A stretch of DNA of 56,710 nucleotides from a virus. Lineage: Duplodnaviria; Caudoviricetes. The position numbers and the translations under genes are program-made. Below, piece after piece: positions 36,048 through 46,453 of this stretch (positions are counted from its first letter, which is position 1; the number at the start of each line of letters is the position of its first letter). The DNA is taken from IMG/VR virus record IMGVR_UViG_3300009168_000049, positions 1-56,710 of that record, one strand, 5' to 3'. Below the pieces are notes generated by a model, which saw only the letters and a list, made by a program, of their open reading frames with translations, had not been told where the DNA came from and made no database searches.

Positions 36048-37237
36048 ACCGGCGACACACCCGACACAATCATGCCGAAGCGACCATTAGCATCGAGCAC
36101 GTTGCGTTCCTCGAGCTCACGGTGGCGCTTGGCGTCTTTGTAGATCGTGTAGGCGGCGACCAGCGGGTGCACGCCACCGGAGAAGTTGACCAGGATCTGC
36201 CCCGGCAAACGGTAGGATAGATCGTGCATCATCTTGCTAAACTGCGTGGCGTAGTTGGTGATCTCAATGAACAGCTTGTTGTCGCACTCGGCATAGGCCG
36301 CCTTGGCTTCGTCGTTGAACACCGCCAGCACCGTGTTCATCGTCGCGAGACACTCATCGATGGTGATGTACTTGCGCCCCATCGCGGCTTCCGCCATACC
36401 GATACCGGATAAAATCCGGTGTCGGCTGACGACTGCCTCATCGCTGTCCATCGCCGGTCCGGGGGGCAAGCCCGACGACGTAACCGCGACATTGGCGAGT
36501 TTGCGAAAAATATTAAACTTGTTTCTAGCGTCGACGACATTGCGACGGATCACACCAAAACCTTGCACCAGGGCGTCATCGACCACCGGCGCCGACAGCG
36601 CCAGGCCATCGTCCTTGGCCACCTCCCACATGCGAAAGATCGCGCGCCAGTCGTTGGCCGGTGAACCGGAGACCACAATGTGTTCAGCCACCGTGGCGAC
36701 CGATGCAAGCAAACCCTGCGCCTTGTTGATGACGTCGAGCTTCCACGGTTGCGGTACCGCCGCAGGCCGGTAGTCACTCAGGAAAGACGTTTGTGATGCC
36801 GCAAAAAGCCCAGTGGTGATGATGCCGAAGATCGAACCGAGGATACCCGTAAAGCCCGTGTTCGCTTCGACGAACTCCATCTCAGCAGACGTTTCGCCCG
36901 CCGAACTCTCCAGCTGGTCCTTAACCTTGACCGAGCGGCATGCCACCATGACGCTGCCACGTGTCGGATGGACCAGGAGACCTGGTCCCGGAGACTCGCA
37001 TGCTGCGAATAGAGCCTGGCTATCGCCAACATGGTTGTCCTCGCGGAAATAGGCGGTGAGCGCGTAGACCCGGATCTTGCGCCCGAGATCAGCGTAGGCG
37101 GTGTGCTCACCAAAAGGAAATTCACCCTCCGCGCCGCGCCGCCCACCCTGGATGTCAGCCTCGGTGCAATAAAACAGCACGCCTTTGAACGAGGCGGGAA
37201 CGACATCCTTGCCGATGGCGCAGGCGCTACGGGACAT
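36044..37237 (-). CDS. DNA circularisation N-terminal domain tail protein (Mu gp43-like)
   Basis: PASFKGV...GGRR...EFP...DLGRK...PGPGLLVHPTRG. Confidence 0.88.
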   Translation of the reverse strand: MSRSACAIGKDVVPASFKGVLFYCTEADIQGGRRGAEGEFPFGEHTAYADLGRKIRVYALTAYFREDNHVGDSQALFAACESPGPGLLVHPTRGSVMVACRSVKVKDQLESSAGETSAEMEFVEANTGFTGILGSIFGIITTGLFAASQTSFLSDYRPAAVPQPWKLDVINKAQGLLASVATVAEHIVVSGSPANDWRAIFRMWEVAKDDGLALSAPVVDDALVQGFGVIRRNVVDARNKFNIFRKLANVAVTSSGLPPGPAMDSDEAVVSRHRILSGIGMAEAAMGRKYITIDECLATMNTVLAVFNDEAKAAYAECDNKLFIEITNYATQFSKMMHDLSYRLPGQILVNFSGGVHPLVAAYTIYKDAKRHRELEERNVLDANGRFGMIVSGVSPV

Positions 37238-40200
37238 TAGGTGACCGCTTTCTGTGCGCCGGTATCAGACTGACGCGCCGCCGTCTGCGCCAGCCCGTTG
37301 ACGGTGATGGTGACGTTGGCCACTGCCGAATTGATCTTTTGCAAGGCGGCATCACCGAACTTCGAGCCCGCGCCTGATGCGCCGCCATCGATTGAGGCGA
37401 TCGCGGTTCGGCCCGCACCCTCGATGGCCGTTTGGCCGCTCTGGAAAGTCGAATCGAACATCGACTTCGCCGGCGTGAAATCATAGATGCTGTCGATCGG
37501 TGGCTTGATGCCTGCCGGAGGGACGGTCCCAGTCGGCGCACCGGGAAACGCACCCGGCGGAATCACGATCGGCAGACCACCGGGCGGCGCTGTGATCGGG
37601 ACCGGTGTTTGCGGAAACGCACCGGTTGGCGTGGTGGGCCCTGGTTCCAGGTACGGCGCAAACACGCGTTTCATCGCGTCCTCCACCACCGGCCCCACCC
37701 AATTGCTCACCGCACTCGTTCCCGGCCAACCAGTCGGCGTCATTGGTACGCCCGCATATCCGGTCTGATCGCCGACCGGCGTCCAGCCGGGTGCTGCGAT
37801 GAGTCCACGGCCGCCAACCACGACGGTATCGGTGTTGATCACTGGAGTTTGACCACCCACTGGAATTCCGCCGGGCGGCGCGATCACAGAGGGAAACGTC
37901 TCGACCGGCTTGTAGTCACCTAGCGTCCACGGCACTGCAACTGGCGGCGTGGTTGTTGGAATGGCCCAATTGCGCACGTTTTTAGCGGTACCAAAATCTC
38001 CCGTTCCGCCGGTCTCGATGATATCTTTGTAGTAGTCCGATCGCTCTTTGGCCGCTTTGAGCTCAGCAGCGAGCTGGTCAACCATCTGCCGCTGCACCGC
38101 GATGAATTTCTGATCCGGCCGGCGCGCTTCTTGAGCTTTTTTAAGTGCGTACTCGTTTTGCCGGTGCGTCATATACTTGGTGTAATATTCTTGATTGGCT
38201 TTCGAGTATTCGCTGATAATTTGGTCTTGTGTGACACCTTCCGGCAATCCGCCTGGCTGCGCGTTGTAGAGATCGTACGCGGCCCCACCAAGCACGGCAG
38301 CGGCACCCAAGCCAGGAACAAAGCGAGCCGCCAATAAAGCTCTCCGTACGAAGGGACTGCGCGCCAGTGCGGCTGCTCCGGCACCACCCAGCCCCATGCC
38401 GAGGAGTGATGATCCTGCCAGCACGCCAGCTGCCGCCGTCAACGCAGCCGCTGACCCACTCAAGGCGATACCCGCTGCGCCGAGTGGCGCCGTCATCGGG
38501 TTCATCATAGCCGTCATGCCGGCGCTCAGCGCCAGGGGGACTGTGGTCATCGCCCCTTTGAGCATGCCTGCCGGATCGAGCGTACCTTCGCTTATGCCAC
38601 GCGCGAACTCGCCCATCCCTTTGGCGACTCCGCCCATCATGTCGGTGAGCGGCTCGCGCATCGTCATGATCGTTGCGCCCACCACACCCTGGAATTGGTT
38701 TTGCAGCTGCTGGGTGGCGGCGGTGACCGACTGTCCGGTGATCTTGCGTACCGCGCCGATGCCGCCCTTCTCGTCGACCCGTTCAAAGCGTTGCGTGTCC
38801 GCGTTCCACGTCCCCAGCGCCGCTTCAAGCGTTTGCTTATTTTCTTGGTAGCGAAACAAGATCGACATCAGCGCGTCGGTCGCCGTGCGATCTCCGGTAA
38901 CCTTCTCGGCAAACTGTTTGACCTTCGCTGGATCTGCGATATCTGCGCCCAGCTTGGGTATGGCGTGCTTTTCGAGCCAGCTGATCGGGTCTTTTTGCAG
39001 CAGATCGTAGTCGACCGTCGGGCCGTAAATCGGGCCGCCTTTCGCTCCCTTCCTGCCCCGGCGCCCCGGCTTGTCGGGAGCCATGCCGATAATCGGCCGC
39101 CATCCCTGTTCGATTTGCCCCGCATTGATCGCCTTGGTGATACCGCGACCACCAAGCTGCTTGATCATCTGATTCCAGCCGACCGCCGCCGTGGTCCCCA
39201 TTTCCTCGCCCATGAGGAGGACCGTGGCCATCGATCGTTCATTCGCGGCATAGCGCGAGCCGCGCATGTAGGTAGCCATTTTGCGGTAGAAGCCACCGGT
39301 CATTTCCTCACCGATGGTGGGGATCATGACACGCAGGAAATTCATCTGTCGCTCAGCCGCGACTTTGTTGAAATTGCCGATACGCGAATCGCCTGGTTTA
39401 ATCTCTCGGCCAGCTTCGTCGATATCACCGGCCCGGAAGGTCAGCTTGCCGGCTTGCTCCAATCCTTTAATGAAGTTGATCGAGTCGTCACTGGCATCCT
39501 GGAAACTGCGACCGAGCGCGACCTGCAAGCGGATCGTTTCTTCCATCTGCCCGGTAAGAAACTTAGCGGCTTGGACGTCGCGTGCAGTGCCGTAAGCTTC
39601 CGAGAAGCGCCGCATCCGCTGGCCAATGTTGAGGAAGGCACCGCCTGCCTTGTCGCCCTCAGCCTGCAACTCGTTGACGGCATAAATACCCGCCGCCTGC
39701 TGGATGGCTGGCAGGTTCTTCATCTGCCACGATGTCATGCCGACGTCGAAATCTTTGGTGCCTTCAACAGCGGCTCTGCCGATCTGACGGCCAATCGTCT
39801 GAAGCGAGTTGGCTCCAAGCGTGCCGAGGGCTACGCCACCCGCCAGCCGTCCGAGCAGGCCCTGACCACCGGCGCCGAATGCGCCGTGACGGCCGCCACC
39901 GCCGCCAGCGCCACGACCAGCGCCTGCGCCACCCGGAGGCCAAGTGCCGGCAATACGAACAGCACCAATGACCCGAACCGGGATGATACCGACGCGCCCA
40001 ACACCACCGAGCCCAGTGCGCGTTGGAATCATGCCTCGGACAGCCTGTACGGCACTCTGCGCAGCATGCGCATGAACCGCAGAAAGCTGCCGTCGCATGT
40101 TGGCCAGGCTGGTAGGATTAAGCCTGACATTCAGTGACGTTCCGCCACCGTGTCCGCCAAGCCGATCGATCTCTTTGCGCAATGATCGGAGATTGCGAAT

Positions 40201-40362
40201 TGCCGATTGAACGCCCTTGTCGTTGATCTTGATCGTGATCGAAGTGCTTTTCAGCGAGTTCGCGGTATCAAATAGCTTTTTCAGCTCCGCGTTGATCTTT
40301 CGGATCTGCGCAGAAGATTTGTCGGTAACCTTAAGCGTGGCTTGTTCGGTGAACGATGCCAT
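37237..40362 (-). CDS. Tape measure protein
   Basis: 1041 aa, Ala/Gly-rich, LKVTDKSSAQIRKI start, follows the tail chaperones. Confidence 0.85.
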   Translation of the reverse strand: MASFTEQATLKVTDKSSAQIRKINAELKKLFDTANSLKSTSITIKINDKGVQSAIRNLRSLRKEIDRLGGHGGGTSLNVRLNPTSLANMRRQLSAVHAHAAQSAVQAVRGMIPTRTGLGGVGRVGIIPVRVIGAVRIAGTWPPGGAGAGRGAGGGGGRHGAFGAGGQGLLGRLAGGVALGTLGANSLQTIGRQIGRAAVEGTKDFDVGMTSWQMKNLPAIQQAAGIYAVNELQAEGDKAGGAFLNIGQRMRRFSEAYGTARDVQAAKFLTGQMEETIRLQVALGRSFQDASDDSINFIKGLEQAGKLTFRAGDIDEAGREIKPGDSRIGNFNKVAAERQMNFLRVMIPTIGEEMTGGFYRKMATYMRGSRYAANERSMATVLLMGEEMGTTAAVGWNQMIKQLGGRGITKAINAGQIEQGWRPIIGMAPDKPGRRGRKGAKGGPIYGPTVDYDLLQKDPISWLEKHAIPKLGADIADPAKVKQFAEKVTGDRTATDALMSILFRYQENKQTLEAALGTWNADTQRFERVDEKGGIGAVRKITGQSVTAATQQLQNQFQGVVGATIMTMREPLTDMMGGVAKGMGEFARGISEGTLDPAGMLKGAMTTVPLALSAGMTAMMNPMTAPLGAAGIALSGSAAALTAAAGVLAGSSLLGMGLGGAGAAALARSPFVRRALLAARFVPGLGAAAVLGGAAYDLYNAQPGGLPEGVTQDQIISEYSKANQEYYTKYMTHRQNEYALKKAQEARRPDQKFIAVQRQMVDQLAAELKAAKERSDYYKDIIETGGTGDFGTAKNVRNWAIPTTTPPVAVPWTLGDYKPVETFPSVIAPPGGIPVGGQTPVINTDTVVVGGRGLIAAPGWTPVGDQTGYAGVPMTPTGWPGTSAVSNWVGPVVEDAMKRVFAPYLEPGPTTPTGAFPQTPVPITAPPGGLPIVIPPGAFPGAPTGTVPPAGIKPPIDSIYDFTPAKSMFDSTFQSGQTAIEGAGRTAIASIDGGASGAGSKFGDAALQKINSAVANVTITVNGLAQTAARQSDTGAQKAVT

Positions 40363-40545
40363 TAGGGTTTGCCCCCGGCGAGCATGATCCGGGTGCGAGT
40401 CTCCTGTTTATGGACCCTGGAAAAATTGGCGATCCGCAACGTGAGCTGCGGAATGGTGAGCATTCGAAGGTCGCCCGCCGAGGCGGAGTAGTAACGATAC
40501 TCTTCCGCTCGCTCTACGACTCGACCGGCGACCCGAGAAAATGCG
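40362..40545 (-). CDS. Tail assembly chaperone extension (-1 frame, GT-like)
   Basis: Open -1 frame overlapping the chaperone 3' end, coupled to the TMP start by TAATG. Confidence 0.5.
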
Positions 40546-41155
40546 GTAAGACATCGCGCAGCATCGTCATGCCGTCGGCGATCGTGATCTGGGTCAGACC
40601 CCACGACGGCAGTGCACTCAGGCTGCTGTCGAGTGGCTTGGCCAGCGTCTCGATCATGTACTTGGTTTGCTGCACACTGTCGGCGGCCGAGAGCACATCC
40701 TCGATGTCGCCGTAGGTCTTGGCGAGAAACTCGAGCTCGCGGATTGGCGGCTTACCCTGCCCAGTTGGGATCGGCGTTCCCAGCTCAAACACGATCGCTT
40801 TGTCGATACCGTCACCCTCGCGGATCACCTTGCCAGGAGTGCCTTCCTCGATGTTGCCAAGAGCTTTGTCGATCGTGCGCGCCGCTGGAATCGGCATACT
40901 CAGGATGTCGGCCATCGTTACCGGCACCTGCACTCCGTTTGCGTAGTAGGTGACCTGTCGCACCATGCGCACGCGCTTAAGACGGCCCTCCCACGTCTTG
41001 GGTTGCCGCAGCGTTTGCGCCTCCGCAATGTGTTCGGTGAACGCCTGGAACATCAGCTGCTTGACGCTGGCGCTGTCGATCAGTTTGTCGCCCAGCTGGA
41101 ACGAGATTGCGACTCGTTCCGGCTGGAATGGCAGCTTCGTGACGTTCTCTACCAT
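40514..41155 (-). CDS. Tail assembly chaperone
   Basis: Between tube and TMP; FELGTPI...IRELEF...TYGDI. Confidence 0.7.
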   Translation of the reverse strand: MVENVTKLPFQPERVAISFQLGDKLIDSASVKQLMFQAFTEHIAEAQTLRQPKTWEGRLKRVRMVRQVTYYANGVQVPVTMADILSMPIPAARTIDKALGNIEEGTPGKVIREGDGIDKAIVFELGTPIPTGQGKPPIRELEFLAKTYGDIEDVLSAADSVQQTKYMIETLAKPLDSSLSALPSWGLTQITIADGMTMLRDVLPHFLGSPVES

Positions 41156-41158
41156 GAA

Positions 41159-41605
41159 CTACGCCGCTGTTGCGAAGGTGGGCTGGATGACCTGTTCAGT
41201 AGTCTCCAACGTTCCTGCTGGCAACAGCTCGTCGATCTCCTTGAACGAGATCGTCAGCGTCACCTCGTGGGTGTCGGATTTATCGTCACCGGTGCCGGTG
41301 CCTTTGGCGGCGCTGTAGACCAAGCCGTTGAAGTACTCGACCTGGAGCGTCACGTCACTACAGCCCTGGTACATCGCCAGCGGAATGCGCAGGTCTCTGA
41401 TGACCTTGATCTCCACCTCCGGGTTGGTCGGTTGCCGCTTGACGTAGCCCTGCGGCAGTGGATCGTTGTTGTAGGGACACAGCCGCCAAGTCGGCAGATC
41501 TTCCGACGAGAGCTTGTGCGAGATCGGTCCGTAGATCGCACCGGTATCGCAGTCGAGAAACGTCATCAGGATATTCTTGACACCAACTTGATTTTCACAC
41601 GTCAC
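41159..41605 (-). CDS. Tail tube protein
   Basis: 148 aa downstream of sheath; AAGGAG RBS, GTG start. Confidence 0.75.
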   Translation of the reverse strand: MTCENQVGVKNILMTFLDCDTGAIYGPISHKLSSEDLPTWRLCPYNNDPLPQGYVKRQPTNPEVEIKVIRDLRIPLAMYQGCSDVTLQVEYFNGLVYSAAKGTGTGDDKSDTHEVTLTISFKEIDELLPAGTLETTEQVIQPTFATAA

Positions 41606-41626
41606 GGGACGATCTCCTTTCGCTGA

Positions 41627-41779
41627 TTATTTGTGCCGGGCGCCTTTGCGTGCAGGCAATTTACCGCCCTTGTCGGAGCGGCTGAACTTCTTGCCCACCT
41701 TTTTCGGAATGCCGAGGGTGGACTTCCCCGAGGCAGCGGCGCGCATGGCGCGCCGCTGTGCTTCTGATTTGGGAGGCAT
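41627..41779 (-). CDS. 50-aa highly basic protein
   Basis: GGAG RBS; [16 protein letters not shown]...[10 protein letters not shown]. Confidence 0.65.
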   Translation of the reverse strand: MPPKSEAQRRAMRAAASGKSTLGIPKKVGKKFSRSDKGGKLPARKGARHK

Positions 41780-41810
41780 CTCTCTGCTCCAGCGATAGAT
41801 CATCACCACG

Positions 41811-43328
41811 CTAGCAGTTGCTCAACATGGCCGGTTGCGCGTTGACGATGATGGTGGAGATGCGGACCGGCGGCCGGTAGGTGAAGTCGATCCACAACTT
41901 GCCCGGAATGCCCTGGCATTTCGGCGCCACCTCAAAGTCGGTCTTGAGCTGGATATCCTGGTCGATGTTCTCGAATTCCGAGAACAGATAGCCGACCTGG
42001 CTCTTCGCCCAAGCCCGGAACTGACCGAGGATCATGCGCGGGTTGGTACCACGAACGCCAGCCGGCACCGTGGTGTTCTTGGTGAACAGGCCGAGACCCA
42101 CCACCTGGCCCAGTGCAATCGCCGCCTGATCGGCGGTCGCGGCCGCGAGACGCCGCGAGTTGACGTTCCACCAGGTCGCGTTGAGCCGACCGTTCTCATC
42201 GTAGCGATTGTTGGTGGAGTCATTAACGATCATCGGCTGGGTCATCGAGCCGGTGCCACCCTGGAGCGGAACGGTGACGACAAAGCCGGTGGCCTGAAGC
42301 AGCTGCTGCTCGTCGAAAGTGAAGCACTGGAAGCAGGCTTCCGGCTGACGCAGGCAAGGCAACACACCGAAGTTCGGTCCCTGCACGCTCATCTCCGGAT
42401 GATCGATGGTCGAGCAGCAGGAATGCGCCGCATAGGCTGCGGCTTTCAGCCAGCCCGCAATCGGATCAGTTGTGCACTGGGCAATGCGGCTGACCTCGGC
42501 CGAGTTGGTGTCGGCGGCGAGAATCTGACCGAATGAGCCGTAATTGTAGGTGTAGCCGTGACCGAAGCACTGCGGCTTGTCGCACGACCAGGCCGAAGCG
42601 ATGTAGGCGATCATCGCATCCTGCCAGTCATCATTAGCATAGAGCATGCCGATGCAGCAGTAGCAGCACTCGCCGAGGATGGCCTGATAATCCGGCACGA
42701 CGATGGCACCGTGCGCACCCTGCACGGTCTGCGTAAACGCCATCTCGACACCAGCCGGCGCGTAATCACGCCGTTGGTGCCAGTTGTAGATGACGTTGAG
42801 ACCGTTGCCGACAGTGCCCGCATTCTTGGCGGTCAGCGTGATGACGCCCGCTGTTGCAGCAGCGGTAAAAGGCAGACCAGGTTCGGCTTCGAGCGCCAAC
42901 ACGATATTGGCAGCAATCTCTGTCGCGGTGTCGGCTTCGTGCACCCGCACAGAAGTGTTGTAGCGACCATCGACCATGAACAGATCGACACGGCCATCGC
43001 TTTCCGCGTCTCCGGTGAAGGTCAACGTGTATGCCGCCTTGGTGGTGGCCCCCATGTCGGCGTCGTCCCAGGGCAACGCGAAGAACTCCATCGCGTTGTT
43101 CGGGCAGCAAGCGAACGCCGTCTTGAGTCCTTCAGCGATGATGCTGCCTTCACCAAACAACCCATCGACATCACGCAGCGACGGAATCTTGAGCAGCTCG
43201 CCACTAAGGGCAGTGCCCGTGTCGAGCTTCTGACCCTCGATCAGAATTCGGCACTTGCTCTTGTAAGCGTTGAGGGAAGGATCGAAGCAGATGCGGATCG
43301 CGCCGGACCGCAGGCTGTCGATTGACAT
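41811..43328 (-). CDS. Tail sheath protein (Mu gpL-like), Cys-rich
   Basis: LIEGQKL...LFGEGS...[13 protein letters not shown]; about 18 Cys counted by eye. Confidence 0.9.
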   Translation of the reverse strand: MSIDSLRSGAIRICFDPSLNAYKSKCRILIEGQKLDTGTALSGELLKIPSLRDVDGLFGEGSIIAEGLKTAFACCPNNAMEFFALPWDDADMGATTKAAYTLTFTGDAESDGRVDLFMVDGRYNTSVRVHEADTATEIAANIVLALEAEPGLPFTAAATAGVITLTAKNAGTVGNGLNVIYNWHQRRDYAPAGVEMAFTQTVQGAHGAIVVPDYQAILGECCYCCIGMLYANDDWQDAMIAYIASAWSCDKPQCFGHGYTYNYGSFGQILAADTNSAEVSRIAQCTTDPIAGWLKAAAYAAHSCCSTIDHPEMSVQGPNFGVLPCLRQPEACFQCFTFDEQQLLQATGFVVTVPLQGGTGSMTQPMIVNDSTNNRYDENGRLNATWWNVNSRRLAAATADQAAIALGQVVGLGLFTKNTTVPAGVRGTNPRMILGQFRAWAKSQVGYLFSEFENIDQDIQLKTDFEVAPKCQGIPGKLWIDFTYRPPVRISTIIVNAQPAMLSNC

Positions 43329-43371
43329 GGGGTCGCTCCTTTTCGCCGGGTCGGCGGGTTAGGGGTTTGGA

Positions 43372-43668
43372 CTACTCGCGAGGCTTCGGGGCGCCGGTAC
43401 CGGGCGCTTGCTCACCGGTCGGTTGGATGGTCTGGCGGCCGCCACCGACGTTTTGTGCGGTCGGGCCTTTCTCGTACGACTTCGGCCGGCGTGGTGCTGC
43501 ACCGGTAGCCTTGTCATCGCCGCCTTCGACTTCGAGATCGCCCCAGTGATGCACCAGGCGGCGAATGTACGGGTCGTCGGTGACTGGGATGAATTTGTCG
43601 GATGGAATCACGCGGCCTTCGAAGAACGCCTTGCGGCCTTCCTTTGCCTTCACGTAGATCATGGCCAT
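43372..43668 (-). CDS. Pre-sheath small protein (Mu gp38/DUF2635-like)
   Basis: AGGAGG RBS; YVKAKEGR...YIRRL...GDL. Confidence 0.65.
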   Translation of the reverse strand: MAMIYVKAKEGRKAFFEGRVIPSDKFIPVTDDPYIRRLVHHWGDLEVEGGDDKATGAAPRRPKSYEKGPTAQNVGGGRQTIQPTGEQAPGTGAPKPRE

Positions 43669-43706
43669 GTCTGGCCTCCTGTTTGTCGAGGTGGAAAAAC
43701 GGGTCG

Positions 43707-44270
43707 TTACGGGCATGGATCCACCGGCTCGGGACAAGGATCCGGAACGCAGCTCGCCGGCGCACACAGACTAAAGCCGATACTAAACGGCTCGCCGAAC
43801 TCCGTGACTGGCGCACACCAGCGATAGGTCGCCATGAACGTGAAGGTCAGCGTGACGGCGAACGGCTCAGCCTCGATCACCAGTCCACGAAAAGCAATGC
43901 GCTCACCACCGGGTGTTTCCCAGCGCGTCAGATTGGCCAGCAGCTTGTCGCGAATAGCTTCGTAATCGTAGTAGCTCCAGAACGGCGTCTCGGTACCGTT
44001 GGCCTTCTTGTAGCGCGCTGGCTCCAACCAGAAATCGACGATGAAGGTATCGACGATTTCGAACATGTCGTGGCTGCTGCGCTGTGGCGGATCCGCAGTC
44101 GAGCGAATAAACGCCACCATCGCCAGCGGCAGTGTCGGCACGTTCTCCTTGGTGATGGAGACCTCCGACACCGCCAGGGCTCTCCCGCCGAGCTCGGGAA
44201 ACCACAAGCCAATCTGCTCGGCGAGCGCCGGTAGAAAACGCACCTTCGGCGGTTTTACCAGCGCATTCAT
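43707..44270 (-). CDS. Tail terminator protein
   Basis: Position; Cys/Pro tail CAPASCVPDPCPEPVDPCP. Confidence 0.6.
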   Translation of the reverse strand: MNALVKPPKVRFLPALAEQIGLWFPELGGRALAVSEVSITKENVPTLPLAMVAFIRSTADPPQRSSHDMFEIVDTFIVDFWLEPARYKKANGTETPFWSYYDYEAIRDKLLANLTRWETPGGERIAFRGLVIEAEPFAVTLTFTFMATYRWCAPVTEFGEPFSIGFSLCAPASCVPDPCPEPVDPCP

Positions 44271-44273
44271 CGA

Positions 44274-44528
44274 TCAGGAATTCTGCTCGTCTTTGTCATA
44301 CACATCGAGCCTGCGCGCGATGTCGTCGACGGTGACGTTGTGCTTCACCGACAACTGCTGTGCAATCTGCTGCTTGGAGAAACCGGCTGCGGTCAGCCTC
44401 CGGTACTCGCCGGCAAGCATCTCGTCCTGCGATGGCGGAGGCGCATCCGCTGCGATGTCTTCTTGGTTCTTGGTGTCGTCTTCGTCTGGAATCATTGTCT
44501 TTACTCCTCGGGTTAAACTCTCGACCAT
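44274..44528 (-). CDS. Small acidic protein with HTH-like segment
   Basis: GFSKQQIAQQL; real start may be ATG near 44495. Confidence 0.5.
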   Translation of the reverse strand: MVESLTRGVKTMIPDEDDTKNQEDIAADAPPPSQDEMLAGEYRRLTAAGFSKQQIAQQLSVKHNVTVDDIARRLDVYDKDEQNS

Positions 44529-44878
44529 TCCACCCAGCGCCCTAGTTTACCGGCTTGCATGCCTTCCTTCAGGGCATCGTCACTCATTTTGCGCCGTGCC
44601 ATCTTGCTGGTGCCACGGCGCAAGAACCCGGAGTATGGCGCACTGGTACCAATCGTGACAGAATCATTCGTGACTTCCGATCGGATCGTCGCTTTCAGCC
44701 GTCCGGTCCGGCTGTTTGGCCAGGCGCCCGGGCTGCTCGCCGGCGGATAGTTGCCCATGCCACTGCGAAAGGCTTTCGTCCCGGCGTCACCGATTGCGTG
44801 CATCCAGCGCCGGATCTCTTCGACATTCTTGCGAGCGTGAAAGCGCCCCCAAGGTGAAAACTCGATCGTGATGCTCAT
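44513..44878 (-). CDS. HK97 gp10-like neck/tail completion protein
   Basis: ASSPGAWPNSRTGRLKATI...GTSAPYSGFLRRGTSKMARR. Confidence 0.8.
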   Translation of the reverse strand: MSITIEFSPWGRFHARKNVEEIRRWMHAIGDAGTKAFRSGMGNYPPASSPGAWPNSRTGRLKATIRSEVTNDSVTIGTSAPYSGFLRRGTSKMARRKMSDDALKEGMQAGKLGRWVEWSRV

Positions 44879-44958
44879 TGCGTGTTGGCCGCGAACAGGA
44901 CGATGGCACAGATCACGGCCAGTGCGAGCAGCGCCACGACCACGGTCCGAGTGTTCAC
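44875..44958 (-). CDS. 27-aa single-TM micropeptide
   Basis: GTGA and ATGA overlaps at both ends; VVVALLALAVICAIVLF. Confidence 0.5.
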   Translation of the reverse strand: MNTRTVVVALLALAVICAIVLFAANTQ

Positions 44959-45401
44959 AGCGCGACCGATGAGGGTTGCGGCCGCAGACTATCCTGTGGC
45001 GGGATTGCCTGATCCGACTTTTCGATCAGGCGCGTGGTCAGCGTGGTCCAGCCTTTAATTTCGGTATAGCCAAGCACCTTGTACCAGCGCGGCTGTGCCT
45101 TGCGGAATTCCTCGTAAATGAACGCGGTATCACTAAACTCGGCCAAGCCATCGCGCACCGTGATGGCGTGCGTCGCCTTGGTGACTGGATCCAGAATAGA
45201 ATAACCAACCTGGCCGACGAATGACGGCAGTCCGTAGTGCGACTTGATCCGCGCCCAGGCCCAGACCACACCGACCCGGCGCAGCTCCATGGTCGACGCG
45301 TTCACCACGACGTCCTTTTGCGAACACAGCGCCACGCGATGGGTCAGCTCGTGAATCTTAGGAGCGCCGGGATCCTTCACGACTTTAGCTCCATCAGGCA
45401 C
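44955..45401 (-). CDS. Head closure / head-tail joining protein
   Basis: ELTHRVAL...WAWARIK...THAITVR. Confidence 0.75.
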   Translation of the reverse strand: MPDGAKVVKDPGAPKIHELTHRVALCSQKDVVVNASTMELRRVGVVWAWARIKSHYGLPSFVGQVGYSILDPVTKATHAITVRDGLAEFSDTAFIYEEFRKAQPRWYKVLGYTEIKGWTTLTTRLIEKSDQAIPPQDSLRPQPSSVAL

Positions 45402-45752
45402 GTATGCCGCCGGATATTTGGCTCCAGCGGCTTCTCGATACCAAACATGGTCAGCACTGGCTCACCACGGTCGGCCATCTGACGCGCCTCCGGACAATCG
45501 GCCCGATGCGCCAGCACGCCACCGCGACCGTCACTGGTCAACGCGATATCACGAACGTCATTCACTGGGTGCTTCCGAAGTAGTAGACGACGACGGCGGC
45601 TGAGGTTTCTCAACCGCAGCCAAAATTGCTTGCTTCAGTTCATCCGTCGGTGGCTTGCGACCGTAGTCGGTTTCGTCCCACCATCGCTGCTTTAATTCAA
45701 GCGACAGCGTCATGAACTGCGGAGTACCAATAAAGTCAGGATCTTTGCTCAT
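45377..45752 (-). other. Two small hypothetical genes (45558-45752, 45377-45565) in the neck module
   Basis: Overlapping ORFs in operon orientation. Confidence 0.5.
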
Positions 45753-46453
45753 CAGAATGCCTCCGGGTCGGCCACCCTCCAAGTTTCGAGCGCCCCGGAG
45801 ATCATGGCGATATTGTTGCTGCCCTGAAGGCCAGCAAGACCGGCGCGGGTCTCGACCCGGTTGCGCTGGGTGAGCAGCTCGTCACCTGGATGCTCGATAC
45901 ACCAGGTGATGAATTGCAGCATGCCGAGAACAACTGTCGCCGGCACATCCTGCACTGACTTGTAGCCGGCTCGATACGAAATCAGCATGCCGCCGTTGAT
46001 GTTCATCACCGAGCACGGATCGCAACAGTTCGACAGATCGATGAAGTCCTTGCGAATCGGAATGCGGATCTTGCGCATGCCCGGGGCGATACGAAACATG
46101 GTGCGGTCGTTCACGTGATTACCGCCGTATAGGTAGACATAGCCATCGGCGCTGGGATACTTCAGCCGATACGGATAGGTCATGCGGTGGGTGCGCGTGC
46201 TGGACGGCACCTCGACCGCTTCCTCGACCGTGCGCTGTCCCGAGAGCAGCAGCCCGGTGTACTGCTGCGCCGATTCCAGCGAGGCCGACCGATAGAGCCG
46301 CAGCTGGTCGTCAGTAGTGGACGGTACGTCGTCGATCTTGGCATGGCTGCGAATGAACTCGATACCAAGCCGGGCGTCCCAATCGAACGTCTTCTCCTCG
46401 CCGATGGGGATCGGCGAGACGTTGAGCGGTTTGTTGGGAACGAAGCCTAGCAT
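45752..46453 (-). CDS. Head-tail connector (neck 1, gp6-like)
   Basis: IRSHAKID...AQQYTGLLL...YRAGY...VP...EHPGD. Confidence 0.8.
   Translation of the reverse strand: MLGFVPNKPLNVSPIPIGEEKTFDWDARLGIEFIRSHAKIDDVPSTTDDQLRLYRSASLESAQQYTGLLLSGQRTVEEAVEVPSSTRTHRMTYPYRLKYPSADGYVYLYGGNHVNDRTMFRIAPGMRKIRIPIRKDFIDLSNCCDPCSVMNINGGMLISYRAGYKSVQDVPATVVLGMLQFITWCIEHPGDELLTQRNRVETRAGLAGLQGSNNIAMISGALETWRVADPEAF

Noticed and set aside
38695-40137. 480-aa plus-strand ORF and similar long antisense ORFs (33586, 40667, 50531, 54288)
   Set aside because: Shadow frames opposite well-supported GC-rich genes, with no recognisable motifs
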